Assembly: GCA_039096225.1 (NCBI GenBank)
Contig: JBBPEB010000014.1
Span: forward strand, 1,488,001 to 1,552,000
Direction: 5' to 3'
Length of the DNA: 64,000 nucleotides
Source: Blastocystis sp. Blastoise
Lineage: Eukaryota; Protista; Bigyra: Opalinata
Below the pieces are notes generated by a model that was not told where the DNA came from, made no database searches, and saw nothing but the letters and a program-made list of their open reading frames with translations. This document shows positions 1 through 20,297 of this stretch, one piece after another. Within the stretch, counting starts at the first letter, position 1. Every line of letters begins with the position of its first letter. Position numbers and translations under genes: made by a program.

Positions 1-581
1 TTTAACTCTTAGCTTTCACAAAAAGAATAGATTCATTTCTTATATATTTAAATAATCAATTATTTCTTGTGCATTAAGCATTACAGATCAACTGTAATCG
101 TCAGTCATATATGAAATAGCGTCTATCAACACAAAGCAACTCATTAAATTGTCAACAATGCTAAATAAAATTATATTTAATTAGGAATAGCAATCCCTAA
201 TGAGTAAACAGTTCATTTGTTGTTGTTTATGATACTAGATTATGAAAGTAAAATTGATTCTGTCAGGAATGCAACTTAAAAAACTTTGAAACATCCTTTT
301 CTTTCCCGAAATTGTTGTTTCCAATACTTTTGAATATATTACATTTAATTATATGCATCTATTTTACACAAATGAACACTGCATCAACTTGATGAAAGCT
401 TATATTATTACATTTCATCTTTACAAATAATCTAAACATATAAAAGTTCACAACACTTTATTTATTTTCATTTTCAAAATGACATACTCTGTCTCTAGTT
501 CAATTAAAAATATCGTTTATATTTTTTCTTTTTATTACTTTTTTATTTATTTTAAATAAAAGTCGACAGACTCCCTGAGAA

Positions 582-2181
582 ATGAATGATATTAACTTCC
601 AACTATATGTATTAAAGTTTTACAAAGATTATGCTCCAGATAAATTGTCTACTGCTCCGAGGATTATACAAAAATCTAAAGGAAAAGAAGACATACTTCT
701 TAATTCGTTAGAGAAGAAATATGATAAACGTATTGATCGAAACTTACCTATTTCAGACGTTTATGATTTCCATTCATCAAATTTTGATCCAGAATTAGCG
801 CTTCTTGCACCTTTAAAGCCTCCAATAGAGGGTTGCCTACCTTTAGATAATTTATCAAAATGTTGTTGCCTTGTATGTGATCCCTATCCAATATAATTGT
901 CTCTTCTAGTTGCCCAAAACACATCCAGAATATGTAGATCCACCAAAACCTATTCTAAAAGAAGTAAAACCAAAATGTAAACGAATCAATTATAAACATT
1001 CATTGTTGATTCTATAGTGCAAGGTCGAAACGTTATTCGTGAAATGGCAGGTATTTCTTTCTTTCTTTATATACATATATTTAAACTTTTTAAAAATAAA
1101 ATACATTTGATATATATTATTTTTTCTCTTTTATTTTTAGATAAATTACAGAATGGTCCTTTTTCATTACTTTATAATTCATATATATATCATACAAAAA
1201 TAAGAATAGTAACTCGTCGAATCAATGGAATTCGTGGATTTCTAACAGGATATGTCAAAGGATTTGATAAACATATGAATATTGTATATAAATATATATG
1301 TTGGTATATTCTTTAATTGTTTTCTATTATTGTTTTCATTCATTTTATTTATTAATTATTATTTTTTCTTTTTATTATTCATATTATTCATTATTCATAT
1401 TCTTTATTAATTCATTATTCACATTATTCATTAATTATCCACATTATTCATTAATTATTCACATTATTCATTAATTATTCACATTATTCATTAATTATTC
1501 ACATTATTCATTAATTAATTATTCACATTATTCATTAATTAATTATTATTTAATCAATTAATTATTATTTAATCAATTAATTATTCATTTTATTTTCTAT
1601 CTACTACATATTTTAGCTATTAAAAGATGCATATGAAGAATGGACACAATTCATACCTAAATCTATAGATGAAGAAAAGAAATGTATATATACATATATA
1701 TTCTTTTTTTACTATATATATTTTGAATCTATTCAGTATTCTATAAAATATATACGCTCTATCTACACAATTAACATTTATTAATATCTTCTATGTTTCA
1801 TTCTATATAGTAACAACGTCACATCCTTCTGTATTAAAAGAAGAAGAAAAAGACAATGATGATTTTTATATCGATATTTCACTCTCTTCAAATAAGCTTC
1901 ATCCCGTGTCACATCTGCCACTTGATCTTGAAAATGAATTTCATATAAATAATAATAATAATAAAACCTATCAAAATAATAAAGAAATACAAAATAAAAA
2001 AACAATAGAGAATTTATCAAAAGAAAACAAACGTCAATGTATATATATGCCACAATTAAATAGTCGCTATATCAAGCTTCTTTTTGTTCGAGGAGATATG
2101 GTTATAAGCGTTTATAACGAAGCAGATGATGTGAACTCTAATTCAGACATAAAAGATAGAATCAATGATTCTTATAAATGA
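582..2181 (+). CDS. LSM11: LSm11-like U7 snRNP-specific Sm-like protein (spliced, about 6 exons)
   Basis: Hand-spliced (introns 873-909, 977-1017, then three more GT-AG introns). Product has the LSm11 N-terminal motif FDPELALLAP...PLDNL, Sm1 GPFSLL...KIRIVTRRINGIRGFLTGYVKGFDKHMNILLKDAYE, a long insert, and Sm2 SRYIKLLFVRGDMVISV. The split Sm1/Sm2 layout is typical of LSm11. Confidence 0.8.
1415..1545. repeat. Intronic ~20-bp tandem repeat (TTATTCACATTATTCATTAA)n
   Basis: About 6 near-identical copies visible within an LSM11 intron. Confidence 0.8.
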
Positions 2182-2675
2182 TTTAATGAAATTCCATATA
2201 TATATATATTATTTTTGTTTATTTTTGGATTATTTCATCTTTATTACCAAATCATAATCTAAACATTAATATAATCTTGTCCATATTAATAACTGACAAC
2301 TCTAGATATAAATAAATCATATATTAACAATACACAGTTCAAATGAAAAACCCATATTACTTAAAATAAAACCACTTTTCATTTATCCAATATCCACGAT
2401 ATATTTATAAATAAACAGTTATCACTTTGCCAAAACGAGTGTAATCTATTCATTATTAACACATTTCTAGAATTGATTTGACTTGATATTTTTCAGTGAT
2501 ATTCTACACATCATGTATAAATGAAAAAAAATAATCTCATCAAGTTTACACTGATAATAAAGTGAGAATAATCGAATTAAACTTTTATGCAGAAAATCAA
2601 GGAAATCGATGAAATCTTTGTTCATGTTCAAAAGACAAAAGTTTTCTTTGTTCCTTTTATTAATATAGAGAGTCT

Positions 2676-5275
2676 ATGAGTGTTTTAGCTCTTTGTATTG
2701 TTTCCAACAATGGAGCTATAGGTTGTATAGCTAAAGAATCTATTCTTCCGTATATCATTCTTTTTACTCATTTTTTTTCATGATCCATTTAGATACGATA
2801 ATATCTACACAATTATAAATCAATTCAATGAGACCATTAAAGATATCAAGGGCGCTGCCAAAAAACAAACTTTATATAATGCAAGTTGTCAAAAGATTGA
2901 GGATGCCTTCCCATATTCAGATCCTGTGTGTCTTGAATTAGATCCTTACCGTTTACTTTATCTTTTAATTAATGATATTTATTTGATATGCATTGATTAT
3001 GCTTGTCAATCTCCTTTTACTGCTTTAGAATGTATTCAAAAAGCTAGACTTACTGTTAGTTTTGCTTGTAATAACGTTCCTTTATTCCAAACTATTTTAA
3101 CTTGCAAATATTCTTTATATATGGCTTTAAAGAGAAATATATCTGGATTAGAAGGTATACAAATTGATTGATTATTTTTTTTTATTTTAGACTTTTAATT
3201 GCTTTTTAACAATTGTTTTATGTTTTATTTTAGTTTTTTAAATTTTTTTTTCTAAAGAACTATATAAAATATTATTCTATGAATTGAACTATGTATATTA
3301 AGAATATAATAATAAATCTATTAATATATATATATATATATATAGGTCTTAGTACAATAGCAAGTAAAGGTAAAGATATTCATATAGCTATGGATACAAG
3401 AGGAAGTGCTTATGGTGATGAAGTATCTCAATGTAATGATATTAATAGAAGTGGAGAATTAAGAGCTGTTATACTGAATATGACGAAAGATGCTTGGGAA
3501 ATGATCCAAAATGTATTTATTTTCTTTTTATTTTTAGTTATTATTATTAGTATTATTTTTTAAATTTTACTTTCCAATGATTTTTATTATTATTTTTAGA
3601 AGCATAATAATATATTTTATTATTTAATAGTTTTTAATGAAAATTGTTTTTTTAAGTATTATTCTATTTTTTATGAAAGATATATATTTCATAATATATT
3701 TTTTTATTCTTTTTATATGTATATTTATATAGACATCTATTACTATTCCTTCTTCTATTAAAAAAGATATTCGTTCATTCTCTTCCTCTCTTCCTAAACC
3801 GAAATTCCCCATACAAGATTTCGATGTTGAGTATATATATATATATGTTTTTATTGTATTATTTATGTTATTCATTATTTTTTTTACCGACTTTTATTAT
3901 TCTTTTATTCATGATTTTTGTTGTTCAGTTATTCTTTTATCCTTTTATCCTTTTATTCTCTTATTTCCTCAGTTATTCTTTTTCTTCATATTATTCTTTT
4001 ATTCATATTATTCTTTTATTTATTCATATCTTTATATACTCTTTGTTTCTTCTTCTTCGTCTATTAATACTTCTATATATAGTGCTACTTTAGAAGGTCA
4101 TATTATACCTCCTGCTTCTCCTATGCCTCTTTCTCCATTTGATCAAGAAGATGATATTACTATTAATAGTGAAGAACTTTATAAAGGTATATATATATAT
4201 ATAATAATAATATTTATTGTATTGAATGAACTAAAAATTAGTCTATATATATATAGTTGATTATTTGTTTATTATTAATATTAAAAAACATTTTATTTTC
4301 AATATATGAATCTATATATATATATATATAGCTTTGGAATCAGAATATGCTGATACTAAGATTGATAATACTATAATTCATTCAAGTAATATTCAATTAT
4401 CTATGAAATCTGTGAATAATACTAGTAGTAAGAAGATAGTTAAAACAAAGAGTAAAAGAGCTAGTATTCCTGGTATGAATATTGAATTTAGTGATGAAGA
4501 TGAAGAAGAAGAAGAAAAGAAAGAAGAAAAAAAAGAGGAAGAGGAAGAAAAAGAAGAGGAAGAGGAAGAAAAAGAAGAGGAAGAGGAAGAAGAAAAGTCA
4601 GAAGAAGAAGAAGAAGTTAAACCAAAGAATAAAAAATCTGCTAAGAAGAGTAAAGAAACTAAATTACCTATTGTTGAAGAGAAAGGAAAAGGAAGAAGAA
4701 GAGGAAAGAAGGTACCTGTTGAACCAGAAATTATTGAAGAACCAGTTCCTGTTGCTAGTGAAGAAGAAGAAGAAGAAGAAGAAAATATTCATGCTACTAC
4801 TGAAAGTGATGATTTGAATGATATATTTAGTACTCCTGTACCTGTTGTTAAACAAGAACAACCTTCTGAACATGAAGAAGAAAGTGAAGAGGAAAGTGAA
4901 GAAGAAGAAGAAAGTGAAGAAGAAAGTGAAGAGGAAAGTGAAGAAGAAAGTGAAGAGGAAAGTGAAGAAGAAAGTGAAAGTGAAGAAAGTGAAAGTGAAA
5001 GTGAAAGTGAAGAACATACTACAAGTGATGATATATTTGGTATTACTTCTACTCCAAATGCTATTCATTCTACTACTACTTCTGAATTAGATTTCGATGA
5101 TATATTCGGTGCACCAGCACCTGCTCCTGCTACGAGAACACGTGATGTCGTATCTATTGATATTCAAGTTATGGATGATGTTCTTATGGAGTATATATAT
5201 ATATGCTTTATTTTTATTATTATAATATATAGATAATACTATTATTATTATAATTGTATTATTAATCATTGTCTC

Positions 5276-5369
<94 letters not shown>

Positions 5370-6026
5370 TATATCTAGACAAACAGGAAAAGGACCTTAT
5401 AAACAACTTACATGTCATGGTCAATTAGTATTTATTCCTCATATTCCTGAATCTCTTTGTGGTCCTAATAAATTTATTGAATTTACATTCACCATTAATA
5501 ATTGTGATAAAATTGATTTTGAATTAAATCCCAAGATTATTCGTTATCTCCCTGGATATGAACGTACTTCAGAAAGAAAAATGATTGTCAAATATCCTAC
5601 TTTTGTTAAACAACCTGTATGTATATATTATTATTATTATTATACTTATTATTAATTAGTTTATATTGAAAATTATATATATTTATAATGTTATGTATTC
5701 TAGTTATAGATAATAATATATATATATATATTTAGATTCCTATATTAAAATATAAGGGACTTTTACCTGCTTCAAGTATTCCTGTTAATTATAAAGCTAC
5801 CAGCCAACGTAAGGGAAATACTACAGAAGTTGTTGTTGAATGTAAGGCTAATCCTTCTCTTTCTTCTCCTCTTACAAATATAGCTATTCAAGTCTTACCT
5901 CCACTTCTTACAGGACCTGCAGAACCCAAAAAGGTATTCTATATATATATATAGAACTCCTATTCTTATATTTAATATTTTTATTCATTTTAATACATTT
6001 TATTAATAATAATTAGTTGAACTAGT

Positions 6027-6076
<50 letters not shown>

Positions 6077-6496
6077 TCAATTCAGTCCAGTTCAGGGTGG
6101 ATTTAATCCTAATAATGGTGCTGTTATGTATAGAGCTCTTACTCTAAATGCAGGACAAGAAGCTTGCTATAAAGCACATGTTGTCGAGAAAATCACAAAT
6201 CCAGCTGTATATATATATATATATATATATATTGATTTAGAAAGAATAAATAATAATAAATATAAATAATAATAAATATGAATAATAATAAATATAAACA
6301 ATATAAATAATAATATATTTAGGGTCTTCAACCTACTCGTCCTAAAGCTTTCTGTCCTTGTAATGTGATGGCAACATCTGAGTCACTTATTTCTCCTTTA
6401 GAATTCTCTATTGATGGAATTGACGATGTTGCTGATGTTGATTTCACTAAAGGTACTGAAAATATTAAATCGAAAATTGAAGTTAAATTTGAATAA
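2676..6496 (+). CDS. TSET/TPLATE complex medium subunit TCUP (TML-like): longin domain, acidic linker, C-terminal mu-homology (muniscin-type) domain; spliced
   Basis: The N-terminus MSVLALCIVSNNG...DPVCLELDPYRLLYLLINDIYLICI...LECIQKARLTVSFAC...KYSLYMAL parallels, as I recall it, plant TML (MSCLAL...YRVVYRLVNSIY...ECI...C...KY..YMAL). It continues into an E/S-rich linker (4334-5120) and MHD-like C-terminal exons (GQLVF...PILKYK...IPV...VECKANPSLSSPLTNIAIQV...FSPVQGGFNP). Stop TAA at 6494-6496. Confidence 0.75.
4490..5015 (+). repeat. Coding low-complexity Glu/Ser repeats (GAAGAAGAG.., GAAAGTGAAGAA..)
   Basis: Encodes poly-E and (ESEE)n in the TCUP linker. Confidence 0.85.
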
Positions 6497-7026
6497 ATAA
6501 AGAATTTTTTAAATTTTCATTTTATTATAGTATTTTATAATCTTGCTTTTTTTTGAGACCAATTTGCCATTTTTTAAAACATTTATCTTTTATTGGAGAT
6601 ATACTTATTTTTCTATGTTATAATAAATATCTTATTTCTGTGTGAATATCATAGAGTTTTGTTTGCTGATATTTGTTAGTTTTATTTAGATTCATTAGAA
6701 TTTATAATTCAAATTTCATATTTTCTGTAATTCCTCTGTAGCTAAACATGTTATTCCAATAGTATACGTTATAGTTATCTCAACTACACTGCAATTCTAT
6801 GTTGAAAGAAAGTGATTTATAAAAAATATGGAAAATCTACAAGTCATTACTATAAAACGAAAATAATCATGAAATTCATAACAATTGTTTTCAGCAAATT
6901 TCAGTTTAATCTTTGAATGTCTGAAATGATACATATATAAAAAAATGTGACTGGTTTTTATTCTTATTATTGAATAAAGTAATTGCTATTATTATTTTAT
7001 TCTTTTAATACACATCAAATTCGAAA

Positions 7027-8221
7027 ATGTCTTCTTGGAGAAATGTACTAAAACAAAAAATTCACTTGGAAAGAGCCCAACCTGCCAATCGTAAGAGGTT
7101 TGGATTACTTGAAAAACATAAGGATTACAAGTTGAGATCTACGAATTACCATAGAAAAGAAGAAGTATTAAAGAATCTTCGACTAAAGGCTGCTATGAAG
7201 AATCCAGATGAATTTTATCATAAAATGATTTCGTTGAAAAAGGTATTGCTTATATATATGTCATGTATCATTTTTAACTTTTAATTTATTTTTGAATATT
7301 ATTTGAATTCCTTTTTTTTGTTAATTCTTTTTGTGTTTAGAATAAAGGAGATCCGAAGAATAAAGTGGAGTTTAGAATGTCAGAAAAAGGACACGATGCA
7401 AAATTCTTGGTTGCCAGACGAGTTGCTGAAGAAAAAGTATTGCTATATTTAGTGATTTTGATGTTTTTTATTATTATTATTTATTGTTTATTATTTTTTA
7501 ATTATATTATATAATATTTTTTATTATATTTATTATTATTATATAATTATATTTATTATATTCTATATATATATAGAAAATAGATAAAGAAGCTGAGTCT
7601 CTTCATTTTGTAGCGAATGATATTAATAATAAACATACTTTATTTATGGAGAAGAAAGAAGATATAGAGAATTTTGATCCCGTTGATTATTTTCATACTA
7701 CTCCAGAATTAGTAGAACAAAAACAAAATCGATTAACTATAGAGGATTTAAAGAATAAGAAAATAATTGGTAATACAGATTCAAAATCATTAAAATCAAT
7801 GAAAAAACATCGTGAAGGGAAATATTTGAAACTACAAAAGAAAATGGAAGAAGCAGAACAAGTGAATTCTATTTTAAGTCATGTAGAATTCCAAAAAAAT
7901 ATGATGGTATATATTACTATTAAATAGTCTATATAATAATAATAAATATAATAATAAATATAATAATAAATAGAATAATAAATTATAATAATAAATTATA
8001 ATAATAAATATAATAATAAATATAATAATAAATATAATAATAAATAGAATAATAAATATAATAATAAATATAATAATAAATATAATAATAAATATAATAA
8101 TAAATATAATAATAATAATATAATAATATTAATATAGGAAGCAGGTCGTAAACGAAAAGTGATTGAAGCTGAAGATGGGAAGCCAGCTGTGTTTAAATGG
8201 CAATACCAAAGAAAGAAGTAA
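7027..8221 (+). CDS. UTP11: U3 snoRNP / SSU processome protein Utp11 (4 exons)
   Basis: HLERAQPANRKRFGLLEKHKDYKLR...KAAMKNPDEFYHKM; FDPVDYFHTTPELV...NRL; C-terminal AVFKWQYQRKK*. All are canonical Utp11 motifs. Confidence 0.95.
7935..8120. repeat. Intronic 12-bp tandem repeat (AAATATAATAAT)n
   Basis: About 14 copies in the last UTP11 intron. Confidence 0.8.
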
Positions 8222-8733
8222 ACAATATATTAATATTAATATTTGTTATATATATAAGTTCAGTTGTTATTATATGTGTTTTATTATATGTGTTTATATA
8301 CCTAGTTTTGTTTATATTATGTTTTTAAATAATTCATTTGTAACTTGAATAATAATCAAATAATATACATATATTTGAAGAATATGTAATAGTCTAATAA
8401 AATTATTCTTATTCTGTATTGTTGCAAACATAATGAATAACAAATATCAAAACAAAAAGAAATAGAAATATATATAACTATAATCAAAACATGAATGGAA
8501 ATTAAATGAAGAAAAAAGCGACTATGTTAATCGTTACAACAAAGTTATATATATATATAAATAATATATAACAAAAAAAATATATATATATTAATGATGA
8601 TATAAAAATAAAAAAGGAGATGATATATATTTAAATATATTGAAAAATGTTAACATCAGTATTATATAGAGAAAAATATAGAATTAAATTTATTGAGTAT
8701 ACTATAGAATATACATCTATATATATATGATAT

Positions 8734-15290
<6,557 letters not shown>

Positions 15291-15730
15291 TTTCTAAACA
15301 ATATATTTATGATCAATAGCTAAGAATTAAATCAATGAAATATTTGTTTTGACAAGAATATGTGCTAAATATCGACAGTAAAAAACTTATTTGTTGATTT
15401 TTTTTTCAGATATAAAGTCAGTCAGTAATAGCACATCATTGTTTCAGACACATTAATTTATTTGTTTCATACCATTGGAGTTTATCTGTAGATAAGCCAA
15501 TAGAAAGAGACTAATCTTTATTTTTAATGGATAAAAACTGGAGGGAAGAACAAAGAAATCATTTCACTTTTTCTAATAAAGACACATTTCAGTTTGAATC
15601 AGCTAAGCTTATTTTTCCCACGAAGAATAGTTTTCAGTAGTGATTCATATTTTAGAGGGAAACTATTTTTTGTTTGTTTCTTTTCTTATATTGCAAGAAT
15701 ATAATTTACTACTATTAGAATAAGTTTAAG
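15291..15730. promoter_or_regulatory. Divergent (head-to-head) intergenic region between paladin-like and POLD1
   Basis: 440 bp between opposing ATGs; contains TTCCCACG (15615-15622). Confidence 0.5.
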
Positions 15731-16614
15731 ATGAAACGTCAGATAGAAGATGAAACAAATGGTAAGAAAGCAAGGTATGTTTTGGTCATTCGCTTTATTT
15801 TTAATTGATTAGTGCACTTTTAGGAAGCACAGATATATCCTACTTCTTATCAAACGATAACTTAACACGAAAATCTGCACCAGAAGTTGATTCAATAAAA
15901 GATGATATTTCTTTTCAGTGGTTTGATATTGATATGTATTTCTCTATATTTTATTTATGCTAAATAGTTAGGTATGATGGTCCAAAACTTGAAAAAGATC
16001 CAACAACTGGTACAAATCCTGATTGGACCCAAGAAGTATTTATACTTAAATTATTTACCTAAATTATTTTAAAATAATTATAGGAGTCAAATCCTATTGT
16101 ACGATTTTTTGGTGTAACTCGAGATGGTCATAGTGTCTGCCTTCATTTACATGGTTTTCTTCCTTATGTATATATAAGATATATTTTGAAATGTATTATT
16201 ATTAATATTTTTTTTATAGGATAAGATTCATTTAATATATATATTATATAGTTTTATTGTTCCCTTCCAAATAGTTGGAGTGATGATGACTTAACCGATT
16301 TTAAGAACGATTTAAGTTCACGTTTAACGGCCCAAATGAACCGATGCCATGTTGTAGATGCTGAAATTGTATACATATATTATATATTATATGTATTATA
16401 TGTATTTCTAATAATTTGGCAATTATGTTTGCATATATAAATATATATATTACTTGATATAATATAATAATAATATTATTATATAGGTATATAAGCAGAG
16501 TATAATGGGATATCAAGGAATGCATGATTCTAAGTTTCTTAAAGTTACTGTGAATATGCCTAATGCTGTACCTACATGTAGAAGTCTTCTTTCCGTATAT
16601 TATTATTATTATTA

Positions 16615-16684
<70 letters not shown>

Positions 16685-16688
16685 TATA

Positions 16689-16724
<36 letters not shown>

Positions 16725-17514
16725 CATGTTTATTATTATGTTTATTATTATTATTATTATTATAACTCTTTGCTATCATTCTACAAAACAAAAATATATG
16801 AGATGCTAACAAATTCAATAATTCATAAATATAATAATATATATATAGAATGGTATTAGTTATGGTCAAAAATCAACAGGTTGTTTATATATATATGAAG
16901 CGAAAATACCCTTTGTACTTCGTTGTATGATAGATCTAAATATTGTAGGTTGTAATTGGCTTACAGCTCCCGCGGGGAAATATACATTAAGACCCATGGA
17001 TAAGAAAGTATAATTTATTTCATTTTTTATAAAACTGTTATTTATGTTGTATTTTCAATAATATAGTTTTAAATTAATTTTATTATTTTTCTCTCTATAT
17101 TTTAATTAATAATAATAATATAATAATATTTTATAGAAAACAACTTGTCAATATGAAATTGATATATATTATAAATATATTATTTCTCATAATACTGAAG
17201 GTATATACATGGATGTAGCACCTTTTCGTATTCTTTCTTTTGATATTGAATGTCTGGCTACAGATGGAGGATTTCCCACGGGAGATAAAGATCCTGTCAT
17301 TCAAATTGCTAATGTACTCACAGAACAAGTATGTTTTATTATTATTATTCTTTGTTTATTGTTATAATACTTATTATTATAACGTATATTATTGGTAATA
17401 CTCTTATTCATACTATTTTTATTCTTATATTTATATATCATTTAGGGTAGTTCAGAACCATTTTATAAATGTGTTTTTTGCTTAAATACTTGTGCTCCTA
17501 TTCCTGGTGCGGAA

Positions 17515-17598
<84 letters not shown>

Positions 17599-20297
17599 CT
17601 TATTTTTATTATTCTTATTTTTATTATTCTTATTTTTATTATTCTTATTTTTATTATTCTTATTTTTATTATTCTTATTTTTTTATTCTTATTTTTTTTA
17701 TTCTTATTATAATAATTTTAATTTATAAAATAATAATAATTAATTAATTATATATATATAATTATTTCCTATAGATCTTTGCCTTTGAGAATGAGAAGGA
17801 TCTTTTAGCTGCTTGGTCTCAATTTGTTATTGCTTCCGATCCTGATGTTATTACAGGTATATATATATCTATATATAAACATCTTTCTTTGATACTATAT
17901 CTAAAATTGATTTTTTTTAGGTTATAATATACAAAATTTCGATTTACCGTATATATTTGATCGTGCAACTGCTTTAAAAATAGAAGATAAAGTACATATA
18001 ATAGGAAAGTTAATAGGTCAAAAAAGTAAAAAGACAACAAGTACGTTTACTTCGTCTGCTTATGGTACTCATGAAAATATTGATATTGCTGTTTTTGGTC
18101 GTGTTATTTTTGATTTATTACAATTTATGAGAAGAGAATATAAATTAACTTCATATTCTTTAAATAATGTATCTACTTATTTCTTAGGAGATCAAAAAGA
18201 TGATGTTAAATATAATCAAATAAAAGAATTACAAGAAGGTGATGAAATTACTAGACATCGTTTATCTCATTATTGTTTAAAAGATTCTCTTCTTCCTCAG
18301 TTACTATTAGATAAATTAATTGTACTTATTAATCATATAGAAATGGCAAGAGTTACAGGTGTTCCTATTTCATTCTTATTATCTCGTGGCCAACAAATTA
18401 AAGTAGTTTCAATGCTTCATCGAAAAGCACAAACAATGAATATTATTATACCTTCTTATGATAGTCCTAAAGGTGTAGATAGTGAAGATAATTATCAAGG
18501 AGCAACAGTTATTGAACCTATTAAAGGTTTTTATGAACAACCTATTTCTACACTTGATTTTTCTTCTTTATATCCTTCTATTATGATTTCTCATAATATT
18601 TGTTATACTACAATAGTATTTCCAGAAAGTTATATGCCTGGTCCAAAACAACGATTCACATTTAATAAAGAAGAAGCTACTGATTCTATATTATATATAT
18701 CTCCTGAAGAATATGAAGTATCACCCACAGGAGATCGATTTATTACAAAAGATAAAAAAGTAGGAATTCTTCCTATTATTTTACGAGAATTATTAGATGC
18801 AAGAAAAGCTGCTAAACGAGATATGGCTAAAGAAACAGATCCATTAAAGAAAAAAGTTCAAAATGGTCGTCAATTAGCTTTAAAGATTAGTGCTAATTCT
18901 GTATATGGTTTTACAGGAGCAACAGTAGGTCAATTACCTTGTTTACAAATATCGAAATCAGTTACTTCTTTTGGTAGAGAAATGATTGAAAAAACAAAAA
19001 ATACAGTTATGACTAAATATACAATTGCTAATGGTTATCCTGGTGATGCTCAAGTTATATATGGTGATACAGATTCTGTTATGGTACGATTTGGTGTTAA
19101 TACTGTTCCTGAAGCTATGAAATTAGGCAAGGAAGCAGCTGAATATATATCTACTTTATTTCCTCCACCTGTAAAATTAGAATTTGAAAAAGTATATTTC
19201 CCTTATTTATTAATGAATAAAAAGAGATATGCTGGTCTTTATTGGACAAAAGGTATATTATTATTATTATTTAGTTTTTTTTAATTATATTATATCATAA
19301 TTAAAATATATATTTTATATCTTAAATAAATAAATATTTTTTTATATTATAAATAAAATATATTTTATATCTTAAATGAATAAATATTTTTTTATATTAT
19401 AAATAAAATATATTTTATATAATAAATAAAAAAATATATATAGAAGATAAATGGGATAAAATGGATTGTAAAGGAATAGAGACAGTTCGTCGTGATAATT
19501 GTGGTTTAGTTCGTTTAATTGTAGATATGTGTTTAAAGAAGATATTAATTGATAGAGATGTTAATGGTGCTATTGAATATGTAAAGAATACTATATCATC
19601 ATTATTGCAGAATAATATAGATATTTCCTTATTAGTTATTACAAAGTCATTAGGTAAAAAAGCAGATAGTAATGAATATAAAGCAAAAGCTGCTCATGTA
19701 GAATTAGCAGAACGTATGTATAAACGTGATCCTGGAAGTGCTCCCAAAGTAGGAGATCGTGTTCAATATGTTATTATAGAAAAAGAAAAGAATGCTCCTG
19801 CGTATACTAAATCTGAAGACCCTATATATGTATTAGAAAATAATTTACCTATTGATGTATCTTGGTATTTAGAACATCAATTAAAAGGTCCTTTAGAACG
19901 TATTTTTGAACCTGTATGTAATGTTACTAGTTCTATATTTAGTGGAGATCATACGTTAGTAAGAAGAACGGCTTCTGTACAAAAGAGTGGAATTGGTCTT
20001 TTTATTAGTACAAAAACAAGATGTGTTGGCTGTAAACAACCTTTAGAAACTGGAATTATATGTAATAATTGTATGAAAGATGGTAAAAAATATTATACAC
20101 AAACTATTCTTCGATATGAATGTTTAGAAGAGCAATTCACTGAATTATGGACAACATGTCAACGATGTCAAGGAAGTTTACATCAAAAAGTAATTTGTGG
20201 TAATCGTGATTGCCCTATCTTCTTCCAAAGAGAAAAAATTAGAAAAGAACTCAAAGAAACACAAGAAAAAGTTATTAAATTTGATGAACTCTTTTAA
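15731..20297 (+). CDS. POLD1: DNA polymerase delta catalytic subunit (spliced)
   Basis: [20 protein letters not shown]; exonuclease LSFDIEC and [11 protein letters not shown]; PolB motifs [50 protein letters not shown]; C-terminal CysA (CVGC..CNNC) and CysB (CQRC..CGNRDC). Confidence 0.97.
17517..17690. repeat. (TA)n followed by a 15-bp repeat (TATTCTTATTTTTAT)n in a POLD1 intron
   Basis: Direct reading; the (TA)n run starts at the GT donor. Confidence 0.85.

Noticed and set aside
1415-1545. Regularly spaced repeats resembling a CRISPR array or telomeric tract (also 62299-62619)
   Set aside because: No unique spacers or cas genes; eukaryotic intronic tandem repeats lacking G-rich telomere units.
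4482-5090. Poly-Lys and poly-Phe ORFs overlapping the TCUP linker
   Set aside because: Alternative frames of the GAA-rich Glu repeat.
18127-20297. Family B polymerase as a sign of a Polinton or virus
   Set aside because: It is intron-rich with CysA/CysB and canonical Pol delta motifs; no terminal repeats, integrase or capsid genes nearby.
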